From positions 1-53,087 of the forward strand of contig JBJCIZ010000033.1 of assembly GCA_051294375.1 (NCBI GenBank): a stretch of 53,087 bases of DNA, given 5' to 3'. This document shows, in pieces, positions 13,246 to 24,829 of the stretch. The position numbers and the translations under genes were made by a program. Under the pieces are notes generated by a model. It saw only the letters and a list, made by a program, of their open reading frames with translations. It was not told the origin of the DNA and did no database searches. The number at the start of each line of letters is the position of its first letter. Position 1 is the stretch's first letter. The stretch comes from Paraspadella gotoi. Lineage: Eukaryota > Animalia > Chaetognatha.

Positions 13246-13696
13246 TAATCGTGATTTTTTTTCATCCATTTAATTCGTTTTCAGTCTCATGATTCGCCAT
13301 AGAATCTTCGCCAGCGATCAGCGATTTTCACATCCAAAATCTGTGAAACTCACAGAAAAAAATAATTTTTTATTCGGATCTTATTACAGCAAGACTCGAC
13401 TCTATAATTCCATTTGTCGGTCTGTTGGTCACCCGCCTATAGTTGTATTGAAAAAATAAATTGTTTCTCTCTTTATTTCTTTTTTTTTTCTTTTCTTTTC
13501 TTTGTCGATCTGTTTGTCTCAATTTCATCCTCCCTTCTCTTTTTCCTAATCCTTTCCTATCTTTTATTCTTTTAAAATCCTTTTTTCCCCTTTCCTTTAT
13601 TTTTTCCTTTTAAAATCATTTTTCGCCTTTTATTTTTCTTTTGTTTTCTCTTTTTTCCCCCGATAAAGTTTTCTTCAAACTCCCTTCCTTTTTTTC

Positions 13697-13782
<86 letters not shown>

Positions 13783-14209
13783 CCAAACGCGCCTGCCTCG
13801 CGTTTACTCAAGATTTATTTCTCTTTATTTCCTCGGTCTAATCTTTTATTTCTTTTTCTTTAATCCTATTTTATATTTCTTTCTTTTTTTCAGATTTTTT
13901 TTATTAGATGTAGTTGATGTTGATGTCGATGTTCATTTTTTTTAAAAACTTTTATCTTTTATCTTTTATCTTTTATCTTTTATCTCGCCTTTTTTTTTTG
14001 GATACAGGAGAGGGGGAGAGATAAGAATTAAGAGAGACAGAAAAAGGTAACAAATAGAAGGAGAAGAGCTAGGGAGAAAAGAAAAGAAAGGGAAAGAAGA
14101 AAAGAAAGAAAAGTGAGGAGAAAAGAGAGGAAAGGTAAGGAGGAGAGAAATTAAAGAGAGGCGAAAAGGGAAGAAAGAAAGTAAAGAGAGAAGGAAGAAA
14201 AGAAAAAAA

Positions 14210-14590
14210 GATGAGGAGGAAGATGAAGAGGAAAATGAGGAGGAAGATGAAGAGGTAGACGAGGAAGAAGATAAAGAGGAAGATGAAGAGGAAGATGAGG
14301 AGGAAGATAAAGAGGAAGATGAGAAGAAAAATGAGAAGGAAGATGAGGAGGAAGATGAAGAGGAAGATGAGGAGGAAGATGAGGAGAAAGATGAGAAGAA
14401 AAATGAGAAGGAAGATGAGGAGGAAGATGAGAAGGAAGATGAGGACGAAGACGAGAATGAAGATGAGGAGAAAGATGAGGACGAAGATGAGAAGGAAGAT
14501 GAAGAGGAAGATGAGGAGGAAGATGAGGACGAAGACGAGAATGAAGATGAGGAGGAAGATGAGGAGGAAGATGAGGAGGAAGATGAGGAG
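14210..14590. repeat. 12-bp purine-rich tandem repeat (GAAGATGAGGAG)n
   Basis: About 30 imperfect units; source of the RKMR, LLIF and HLPP ORFs. Confidence 0.92.
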
Positions 14591-15318
14591 GCGAAAGAAG
14601 AGAAATCTCTTTGACAGCAGAGACGAAGATGAAAGATACATTGCGTTGACTCCGTTGGGGGATTTGATCAAGGGAGGAGAGAAAAGGAGAGGAAAGAGGG
14701 AGAAACAGAGGGAGGAGGAGGAAAGAGGGAGAGGGGAGAAAGAGGGAGAAACAGAGGGAGGAGGAGGAAAGAGGGAGAAACAGAGGGAGGAGGAGGAAAG
14801 AGGGAGAGGGGAGAAAGAGGTAGAGACAGAGGCAGAGAAAGAGGGAAGAGTATAAAAGAAAATAAAAGAAAAAAAACTTTTTTTCTTTCAATAAAGAAAA
14901 AAAAGAATAAAAAATATTCTCTTCAGGAAAATGAAAAAAAAAGAAAATAAAAAAGAGGAAAAAAATGATAAGAAAAGAAAATATAAAAAAGCACAAAAAA
15001 AATATTAATTTCTTTCAATGACGATAATTTCCTGCGGATCAACAACTGATCAAAGGGTAAGGAAGGAAGTTGGAGATAAGGGCAAAATAAGGTAAGGAAA
15101 TGAATGTAAAGATAAATTCATTTCGATTCAAATTTCTGAATCAAAACTAATTTCGCTTAAAAAAACGATGAAAAGAATAAAAAGAAGATTTTTTGTTTTT
15201 TTTTTTTAAATCGGATTAATTTTTTTGTTTTCCCGCTTTTGTTATTAACCGATTTAATCTTGTTTTGAAAATTCATTAAAATACATTATGTTTCTGAAAT
15301 TGGTACAACCAATATATT

Positions 15319-15590
15319 TGTGGACAATTAGGATAAATTATTTCTAGTTAATTTAGCCAGATCTAAATCCTTTGTTTTGTTATGATTTTGAGATGGCTCA
15401 ATTGTTTTAATCATTTTGTTTTTTAAAGGTTTACTTGATTTCATTCTTGCTTTTAACCTCATGTTATTGTTAACAACATTAAATCAATGTTTCTCTCTCA
15501 ACAAGTTTTTATTTAATTCTCCAAATGTAATGAGTACATTGAATACAAATTAAATAATCAAAATAAAAACAAATAATGCTTCTAGCCACA
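15319..15590 (+). mobile_element. LTR-like segment (272 bp, TGTGG...CCACA) directly followed by a tRNA-Trp primer-binding-like sequence
   Basis: Begins TGTGG, ends CCACA (5-bp terminal inverted repeat), AATAAA at 15562-15567, and TGG of the anti-tRNA starts at the next base. Confidence 0.65.
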
Positions 15591-15635
15591 TGGTGAGCCC
15601 GACGTGATTCGAACACGCAACCTTTTGATGTGGAG
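15591..15635 (-). pseudogene. 3' half of tRNA-Trp(CCA) including the CCA tail
   Basis: Minus strand CTCCACATCAAAAGGTTGCGTGTTCGAATCACGTCGGGCTCA-CCA matches eukaryotic tRNA-Trp positions 32-76 with an intact T arm; 5' half absent. Confidence 0.9.
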
Positions 15636-15847
15636 GATGGTTGTCGACGGCGTTAATTGTGTCCTCTTCCTCGGAGTCGGTCTCGAGGTGTTGTTGACAT
15701 TCTCTGTCCACGTTGCTGATAAGCGACGACGATTGTCGGAGCTTCATTTTGCGAGTGACGGTCAGCTAATTGACAGAGAATGTCAACAACACCTCGAGAC
15801 CGACTCCGAGGAAGAGGACACAATTAACGCCGTCGACAACCATCCTC
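15633..15847. repeat. Perfect 76-bp inverted repeat with a 63-nt loop
   Basis: 15633-15708 is the exact reverse complement of 15772-15847 (checked base by base). Confidence 0.97.
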
Positions 15848-15942
15848 GAAGATCGACCGGCGCCAAAAGGCGCCCCGCTCCACATCAGAAGGTTTAATTT
15901 ATCCTAATTGTCCACATATTATTTATAACATAAAAGTATCAT

Positions 15943-16314
15943 CGAAGGAGTATCAACTCCAGCAAAGGCAATATCGGATTAGAGGATCAGGCAATCGTAG
16001 CAGGAATGGAGTCGCCAAATTCTTATTGGTCGCCAATGGAACTGGCATCGACCAATCAGAGTGTAAGGATAACGGAACTGCATAAAGCTTCCTTATTTTA
16101 AATAGACCTAGCGTGTCCTAGTTTGGGTAGCTTTGATCAAAACCCCGTTACTATTAAATCTCAAAATTAAATCTCAACTTGATATATCGTCCCAGAAATA
16201 CATGAGTTTTTTCTTAAATGTAGTAGCAGCGGTAAGATTCAAACCCACGCCTTCGAATAGACTGGTGGAGTTTTCCATGAATCTACCAATACATGAGTTT
16301 TTCCTTAAATGATA
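15943..16314 (+). mobile_element. LTR-like body + anti-tRNA-Leu 3' half + repeated end
   Basis: CCAAT boxes at 16025-16056, TTTAAATAG near 16097, ATTAAA twice, tRNA copy at 16221, 24-bp direct repeat 16197-16220 / 16288-16311, candidate TSD TATCAT (15937-15942, 16315-16320). Confidence 0.5.
16221..16267 (-). pseudogene. Decayed 3' half of tRNA-Leu(NAG) including the CCA position
   Basis: TAGTAGCAGCGGTAAGATTCAAACCCACGCCTTCGAATAGACTGGTG aligns without gaps to the reverse complement of metazoan tRNA-Leu (TGGTGGCAGCGGTGGGATTCGAACCCACGCCTCCGAAGAGACTGGTG), about 7 mismatches in 47 nt. Confidence 0.85.
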
Positions 16315-16647
16315 TATCATTTTTATTATTATTTTAAAATAAATTTTTTCTGTCGTTTTTTCACAAAAAGATGATTTGATACAAGATTTTATCAACTTTC
16401 AAAAATAAAGTAATTCATGATTTATTGAACTTTTTTCAACGTTTTATTTTCCTTTTAATAGGAAATCATTTCTAGCTGTCGACTCTCAAAACCAGTTCAT
16501 CTGACGTCCGATGAAAATGCGAAATATTTTATATTTATATTTATATTTATATTTTTATATTTTATATTTATCAACCAATATGATTATGATTCATCATATC
16601 TTCAAAGTGTCTTATGAAAAAATTAATTAATTTTGACACGTCAGTTG

Positions 16648-16682
<35 letters not shown>

Positions 16683-17271
16683 AGAGAAGAGAGAGAAGAG
16701 AGGAGAGAGAAGAGATATAGGTAATTTCAGCCGCCACTGTATCGAAAATGGATATTATAAAAATCTATTCAGTATTCTCTCTTCTTCTCTCTCTCCTCTC
16801 TCTCTCTCTCTCTACTCTCTCTCTCTCTTCTTTCTCTCTTCTCTCTCTCCTCTCTCCTCTCTCCTCTCGTCCAAAACGGCGACGCAAAAAGAAAAAAAAA
16901 ATGGAATGGGATTAGATAGGAGAGAGGAGATTTTTCGATCCACGAAAATCTCTCCCGATTGTTTTGTCAATAAAATCCAAGTTTTTTTGACGAATCGTTT
17001 GAGACGTATTTATTTTTTGTTTAACAGACAAAAAAAGACGACAAGGCCCACAGAGAAGACGACAAAGTCGACAAAGAAGACGAACCAAGCCGACAAAGAT
17101 ACGATATAGCTAAAAGAGAGGACGAGAAATATTAATGATAGAAATAACTAACAAAAATAGTTTTCTTTTATTTCTTTTATTTTATAATCGCAGCTCGAAG
17201 CTCCTTTTCCCTTGCCTTAATTTCGGTAAAGCATATGGATAGAGAGAGAGAGAAAAAGAGAGAGAAAGAGA

Positions 17272-17321
<50 letters not shown>

Positions 17322-17452
17322 AGAGGGCAAGAGACTGGCATCAGCATCAGCCTCGCGTAAATGACGGACCACCCGGAATAATGAGGAAATCAATAACGCT
17401 ATTATGACCAAGAGAACTGGATCGTGCACCATCCGGGGGCCTATGGACAGAG

Positions 17453-17501
<49 letters not shown>

Positions 17502-17661
17502 AGAGAGGAGAGAAGAGAGCTTCATGGGAAATGAATAAATAGAGAGGGATGAAAAGATCAAGATTGTGATAGGTCGGAATAGCAGCAAGTGACTTTAAGA
17601 AAGAAAGCAGGAAGAAGAAGAAAGAAAGAAGAAAGAAAGAAATTAAAAGAAGAAAGAATAA

Positions 17662-17693
<32 letters not shown>

Positions 17694-18149
17694 AGGAAGG
17701 AAGGAGGAAGAAGGAAGGAAGGAAGGAGGAAGAGGAAGGAAGAAGAAGGAAGGAAAAGGAAAGAAGAAAGAAAGAAGAGAGGAGAGAGTCCTTGATCTCG
17801 CCTTCTCGGTGCTATTGTCGCGCGCCTGGATCAAAAAAGGCTTTGGATGAGGAACAAGTGGCCGGACAAAGCGTCGTTGTGATCATTGTCGTTGTCGTTG
17901 TCGTTATCATCATCGTCGTTGTCGTTGTCGTCATCATCGTTGTCAGCGAAGCCACCGAATTTTTTAGAAACATATTCAAGTTAATAGTTTCGTTCCATAT
18001 TTCGATGATATCCAAATTAAAGATTCGTTTGTCTTTTGTTTCAGCCAAAATTAATAAAAAAGAAGAAAGAAACCGACGTTTTGACTCACTTGAGAGGAGG
18101 TGGAACGTTCGCCCCATTTTTTTCCTCTTTTGATATCGTTTTTCTGTTG

Positions 18150-19349
18150 TAATGAGATTTGCTCTCTCTCTCTCTGCTTCTCTCTCTCTCTCTCTCTCTG
18201 CTTCTTCGCTCTGTCTCTCTCTCTCTCTCCTCTCTCTCCCCTTTCACTCTCTTAACTCTGCCCCTCCCTTTCCCTCTATTGCCCTTATCTTTTTTTTCTT
18301 TCCCTTCTCCTCTCTTCCTCCTCTCTCTCCCCTTTTCTCAGTACCTCTACTCTCTCTCTCCTCATCTCATCGTTCCTTCTTCCTTCCTCCTTTCTCTCGT
18401 CGCTCTGCTGACTATTTCCCGCGCTTTCCGCAGGTATTCGTTGGCCACGCCCCATTCTTTCGTCTTCTCTTTCCCGTTCAGAGTGGAACTCTCCTGTCGG
18501 TTCCATGATTTTTGTGGAACCTACATCGTCAGTCGTGTCGTCCAGTCGATCTGTCCCCCCGTCCATCCCCCTCGATCCTCGTTCGACCGGATTCTCCCTC
18601 CAATTGTCGTCCGTCAATCTATACCGTCCTGTCCGCTTGCTATTGATGAGACCGTTTATAATAGCGTGACACGCGTATATCATGTCGCTCGACTTGAGTG
18701 AGAGAGATCTGGCGTGTAACACTTCGGTGCGTCTGGGTGGACAGCAGTCATTCGAATGGCGTATCAGAGGGAAAGACGTGACAGCCTATCAGTTGGACTA
18801 AGTAACAGAGTGTAAGCGTGAACAGCGGTGACAGTCTGCCAGATTAATGATTTACAGAGTTAAGACGTAAACAGCCCGCGTAACTATTGAAAAAAACCGT
18901 AACAGTTTTTAATCGTGATTTTTTTTCATCCATTAATTCGTTTCCAGTCTCATGATTCGCCATAGAATTCTCTCGCAGCCGATCACGATTTTCACGTCCA
19001 AAATCTTGAAACTCACAGAAAAAAAATAATTTTTTATTCGATCTATTACAGCAGACTCGACTCTATATTCCTTGTCGTCTGTTTGGTCACCCGCTAAGTT
19101 GTATTGAAAAAATAACATTGTTTCTCTCTTTATTTCTTTTTTTTTTTCTTTCTTTTCTTGTCGATCTGTTTGGTTCTCATTCATCTCTTCTCTTTTTCCT
19201 AATCTTTCCTATCTTTTATTCTTTAAAATCCTTTTTTCCCTTTCCTTTATTTTTTCCTTTTAAAATCATTTTTCGCCTTTTATTTTTCTTTGTTTTCTCC
19301 TTTTTCCCCGATAGAAGTTTTTTTCAACTCCCTTCCTTTTTTTCTCGCT

Positions 19350-19395
<46 letters not shown>

Positions 19396-19400
19396 CTCTC

Positions 19401-19435
<35 letters not shown>

Positions 19436-22400
19436 CAAACGCGCCTGCCTCGCGTTTACTCAAGATTTATTTCCCTTTATTTCCTCGGTTAATCTTTTAT
19501 TTCTTTTTCTTAATCCTATTTATATTTCTTCTTTTTTTCATTTTTTTTATTAGATGTAGTTGATGTGATGTCGATGTCATTTTTTTAAAAACTTTTATCT
19601 TTTTCTTTCTTTTCTTTTATCTCGCCTTTTTTTTTTTGGATAGCAGGAGAGGGGGAGAGATAAGAATTAAGAGAGACAGAAAAAGGTAACAATAGAAGGA
19701 GAAGAGCTAGGGAGAAAGAAAAGAAGGGAAAGAAGAAAAGAAAGAAAGTGAGAGAAAGAGAGAAAGGTAAGGAGAGAGAATAAGAGAGCAAAGGAAGAAA
19801 GAAATAAAGAGAGAAAGAAGAAAGAAAAAAAGATGAGAGGAAGATGAAGAGGAAAAGAGAGGAAGATGAAGGTAGCGAGGAAGAAGTAAGAGGAAGATGA
19901 AGAGGAAGATGAGAGGAAGTAAAGAGAAGATGAGAAGAAAAATGAGAAGAAATGAGGAGGAAATGAAGAGCGATGAGAGGAAGATGAGGAGAAAGTGAGA
20001 AAAAATGAGAAGGAGATGAGGAGGAAATGAGAAGGAAATGGACGAAGACGAGAATTAAGATGAGGGAAAGTGAGGACGAAGATGAGAAGGAAGATGAAGA
20101 GAAGATGGGAGGAAGATGAGACGAAGACGAGAAAGAAGATGAGGAGGAGATGAGGAGGAAGATGAGAGAAGATGAGGAGGAAAGAGAGAATCTTTTGACA
20201 GCAGAGACGAAGATGAAAGATACATGCGTTGACTCGTTGGGGATTTGATCAAGGGAGGAGAGAAAAGGAAGGAAAAGGGGACAGAGGGAGGGGGAGGAAA
20301 AGAGGAGAGGGGAGAAAGAGGAGAAAGAGGGAGGCGGGAAAGAAGGGGAAACGAGGGAGGAGGAGGAAAGAGGAGGGGGAGAAAGAGGTAGAGACAGAGG
20401 CAGAGAAAGAGGGATGAGTATAAAAGAAAATAAAGAAAAAAAAACTTTTTTTCTTCAATAAGAAAAAAAGAATAAAAAATATTTCTCTTCAGGAAAATGA
20501 AAAAAAAGAAAATAAAAAAGAAGGAAAAAAATGATAAGAAAAGAAAATATAAAAACACAAAAAAATATTAATTCTTTTCAAGACGATAATTTCTTCGGCA
20601 TCAACACTGATAAAGGGTAAGGAAGGAGTTGAGATAAGGGCGAAATAAGTAAGGAAATGATTGTAAAGTAAATCATTTCGATTCAAATTTCTGAATCAAA
20701 ACTAATTTCGCTTAAAAAACGATGAAAAGAATAAAAAGAAGATTTTTTGTTTTTTTTTTAAATTCGGATTAATTTTTTTGTTTTCCCCGCTTTTGTATTA
20801 ACTGATTTAAACTGTTTTGGAATATCATTAAAATACATTATGTTTCTGAATTGTACACAATATATTTTGGACAATTTAGGATAAATTATTCTAGTTAATT
20901 TAGCCAGATTAAATCCTTTGTTTTGTTATGAATTTTGAGATGGTCAATTGTTTTAATCATTTTGTTTTTTAAAGGTTTACTTGATTTATTCTTGCTTTAA
21001 CCTCATGTTTTGTTAACACATTAACTCAATGTTTCTCTCTCACAAGTTTTTATTTAATTCTCCAAATGTAATGGTCCATTGAATACAAATTAAATAATCA
21101 AATAAAAACAAATTAATGCTTCTACCACATGTGAGCCCGACGTGATTCCGAACACGCAACCTTTTGAATGTGGAGGATGGTTGTCGACGGCGTTATTGTG
21201 TCCTCTCCGGAGTCGGTCTCCGAGGTTTTGACATTCCCTGTCCCACGTTGCCTGTAAGCGACGACGATGTCGGAGCTTCATTTTGCGAGTGAGCGGTCAG
21301 CTAATTGACAGAGAATTCAAAACACTCGAGACCGACTCCGAGGAGAGAGGACACAATTAAGCCGTCGACAACCATCCTCGAAGATCGACCGGCGCCAAAG
21401 AGGCGCCCCGCTCCCACACAGAAGGTTTAATTGATCCCTAATTGTCCACATATTATTTATAACATAAAAGATCATCGAAGGAGTATCAACTCCAGCAAGG
21501 AAATATCGGATTAGAGGATCAGGCAATCGTAGGAATGGATCCGCCAATCTTATTGGTCGCCAATGGAACTGCATCGACCATCAGAGTGTAAGGATAACGG
21601 AACTGCATAAAGCTTCCTTATTTTTAAATAGACCTACCGTGTCCTAGTTTGGGTGCTTTGATCAAAAACCCCGTTACTATAAATCTCAAAATTAATCTCA
21701 ACTTGATATATCGTCCAGAATACATGAGTTTTTCTTAATGTAGAGCAGCGGTAGATCAAACCCACGCTTCGAATAGACTGGTGGAGTTTTCCATGAATTC
21801 TACCAATACATGATTTTTCCTTAAATCTATATTCATTTTTATTATATTTTAAAATAAAGTTTTTTCTGTCGTTTTTTCCAAAAATATTAATACAAGATTT
21901 TATCAACTTTCAAAAATAAAGTAATTCTGATTTATTGAACTTTTTTTAACGTTTTAATTTTCTTTTAATAGGAATCATTTCTAGCTGTCGATCTCAAAAC
22001 CAGTTCATCTGAGGTCCGATGAAAATGCGAATATTTTATATTTATATTTATATTTATTTTTATATTTTATATTTATCAACCAATATGATTATGATTCAAT
22101 TATTTCAAAGTGTCTTATGAAAAAATTAATTAATTTTTGACGTCAGTTGACAAGAGAGAGAGAGAGAGAGAGAGCAGCGATGAGAAGAAGATAAGAGAGC
22201 AGAGAGAGAGGAGAGAGAAGAGATATAGGTAATTCCAGCCGCCACTGTATCGAAAATGGATATTATAAAAAATCTATTCAGTATTCTCTCTTTCTTCTCT
22301 CTCTCCTCTCTCCTCTCTTCTCTATCTCTCTCTCTCTTTTTCTCTCTTCTCTTCTCTCCTCTCTCCTCTCTCCTCTCTCCAAACGGCGACGCAAAAAGAA

Positions 22401-22790
22401 AAAAAAAATGGAACTGGGATTAGAAGCGAGAGAGGAATTTCTTCGATCCACGAAAATCTCTCCCGATTGTTTTGTCAATAAAACCAAGTTTTTTTGACGA
22501 ATCGTTTGAGACGTATTTATTTTTTTGTTTAACAGACAAAAAAGACGACAAGGCCCACAGAGAAGACGACAAAGTCGACAAAGAGACGACCAAGCCGACA
22601 AAGATACATATAGCTAAAAGAGAGGACGAGAAATATTAATGATAGAAATAACTTAACAAAAATTAGTTTTTCTTTTTATTTCTTTTTATTTTATAATCGC
22701 AGCTCGAAGCTCCTTTTCCCTTGCCTTTAATTTCGGAAAGCATATGGATAGAGAGAGAGAGAAAAGACGAGAGAGAAAGAGAGAGAGAGA

Positions 22791-22827
<37 letters not shown>

Positions 22828-22937
22828 CAGAGGCAAAGACTCTCCTCGGCGTAATGGAGGACCACCGGAATATAGGAAATCAATACGTATTATGACCAAG
22901 AGACTGGATGTGCATCACGGCCTATGGAGCAGAGTGG

Positions 22938-22985
<48 letters not shown>

Positions 22986-23671
22986 AGAGAGGAGAGAAGA
23001 GAGTTCAGTGGAATGAATTAAATAAGAGAGGGAGTGAATAAGATCAAGAATTGTGAAATAGGTGGAATAGCAGCATGACTTAAAAGAAAGAAAGCGGAAG
23101 AAAAGAAAGAAAGAAAAGAAGAAAGAAAGAAATTAAAGAAAGAAAGAAAAAGAAAAGAAAGAAAGAAAGAAAGAAAGAGGAAGGAGGAAGGAAGGAAGGA
23201 AGGAAGGAAGGAAGGAGGAAGGAAGGAAGGAAGAAGGAAGAAGGAAGGAAGGAAGAAGGAAGAAAGAAAGAAGAGAGGAGAGAGTCTTGATCTCGCCTCT
23301 CGGTGCTATTGTCGCGCGCCTGGATCAAAAAAGGCTTTGGATGGAACAAGTGCCGGACAAAGCGTCGTTGTGATCATTGTCGTTGTCGTTGTCGTTATCA
23401 TCATCGTCGTTGTCGTTGTCGTCATCATCGTTGTCAGCGAAGCCACGATTTTTTAGAAACATATTCAAGTAATGTTTCGTTCATATTTCGATGATATCAA
23501 ATTAAAGATTCGTGTCTTTTGTTTCAGCCAAAATTAATAAAAAAGAGAAAGAAACGACGTTTGACTCACTTGAGAGGAGGTGGAACGTTTCGCCCATTTT
23601 TTCCTCTTTTGATATCGTTTTCTGTTGTAATGAGATTTGCTCTCTCTCTCTCGTCTCTCTCTCTCTCTCTC

Positions 23672-23714
<43 letters not shown>

Positions 23715-23741
23715 TCAGTCCCTATCTTTCTCTCTCTCTCT
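18150..23741 (+). repeat. Deletion-rich direct copy of ~12030-18170 (probable gap-fill artefact)
   Basis: Collinear with the preceding 6 kb, scattered 1-nt deletions, ends at a 25-N gap (23742-23766). Contains noisy copies of the Trp element (~20867-21450) and Leu fragment (~21740-21783). Confidence 0.9.
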
Positions 23742-24591
23742 NNNNNNNNNNNNNNNNNNNNNNNNNTTTTTTTCTTTCCATTTTCCAACAGTGGACTCTC
23801 TTTTCCAAAAACGGCCCCAATTCTGTTCCATTCGACATTGGGCTCTCTTTTCCAAAAGCGGCCCCAATTCTGTTCTTTAATTTAAACCCTCATATTTAAT
23901 CCTCGTCTATAATAAAACCCATTTCGCAATCGCTAACCCTTACTAAATCCTAAACTCAAATTCAAACTCTAATCTCTAAAATTTGGTTCCATTTCTCCTT
24001 CTAAAAAGTTATTTCAAATTTTTTTATTAAGGATTAATTAAACCTATATTAGCTATTAACTTTTTATAACTGTAATTTATCCTTAACTTAATTTTTATAA
24101 CTTTTTATTTCTTACCTTTGGTCCTTTTTCGTACTTTTCTTACTAATATATCATCGACCCACAGTATTACTTGTTTCTCCCTTCACCGACCGTTCGTTAA
24201 CACAATAATTAGCATCTGACAGTCACCCCCGTTAACGAGTTACCTCGGCCCGACTCGTTTCTTGCCTGACGCGCCAGGGCGCTAACCCTATCTACTTGAT
24301 GTCGAAAACAGCTCGCTCTTCCTTCTGTCACCAATCATTGACGGACGAATTGGTGAGAAAAAAAATTCGGTGTTTCCTTTTTTAAAAATTCGAAAGAAAA
24401 AACTAAGATTTTTCGGAATCAGAATTCGCTACAGTTAAACTTCATTATTTCGACAGGTTTTTGGTTTTTTGGTTGTTTTTTTAAAAAAAAGGATCAATTT
24501 GAATTTCTTTATCTCTCTACGACAGAAAAGAATGAAGCAAACACAAAAATTTTGGTAAAAAAAAGATTTTTTTTTATTGTCAACAAAATGA

Positions 24592-24597
24592 TTTATT
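24592..24597 (-). terminator. Candidate polyadenylation signal of the knottin-like gene
   Basis: AATAAA on the minus strand ~230 nt after the stop, with a second one near 24573-24578; region is AT-rich, so chance occurrence is possible. Confidence 0.45.
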
Positions 24598-24829
24598 AAA
24601 AAAAAAAAGGATTTAAAGCTATATAAAAAAAAAGAGCTCGGATAAACAGATTTTGGAACTTGCCCCCCCCTTCTTCAGATTAAAATTAAATTATTGCCCT
24701 CCCGCCCTTTTGTTTCGCCATTAATTAATTCCCGCGTGACTCTCACAAAGACTCTTCCTTATCTTCACCCAAACCTTTATCGCCCCCATCACCGCTTCCC
24801 CCCCCCCTTGACCTCAATTCAGCCCCGTC

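Larger units (their letters stand above)
15319..15916 (+). mobile_element. 598-bp composite insertion with 22-bp perfect terminal inverted repeats and a 4-bp TATT target duplication
   Basis: TGTGGACAATTAGGATAAATTA (15319-15340) is the reverse complement of 15895-15916; TATT at 15315-15318 and 15917-15920. Confidence 0.75.

Noticed and set aside
14069-14996. Long RKMR, LLIF and HLPP ORFs
   Set aside because: Translations of a 12-bp tandem repeat with no start or splice context.
15709-15771. Hammerhead or SECIS in the hairpin loop
   Set aside because: CTGATAA does not fit CUGANGA and no GAAA follows; the tandem GA lacks the AUGA context.
15591-15880. Intact, split or permuted tRNA-Trp gene with the hairpin as an intron
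   Set aside because: The candidate 5' half (GAGCGGGGCGCCTTTTGGCGC on the minus strand) pairs only about 5 of 7 acceptor positions, lacks the anticodon 5' strand, and the break is not at the canonical 37/38 site; GGCGCC is palindromic, so the D-arm likeness may be chance.
15550-15897. ORFs sharing DRECQQHLETDSEEEDTINAVDNHP on both strands
   Set aside because: A direct consequence of the inverted repeat; no other coding evidence.
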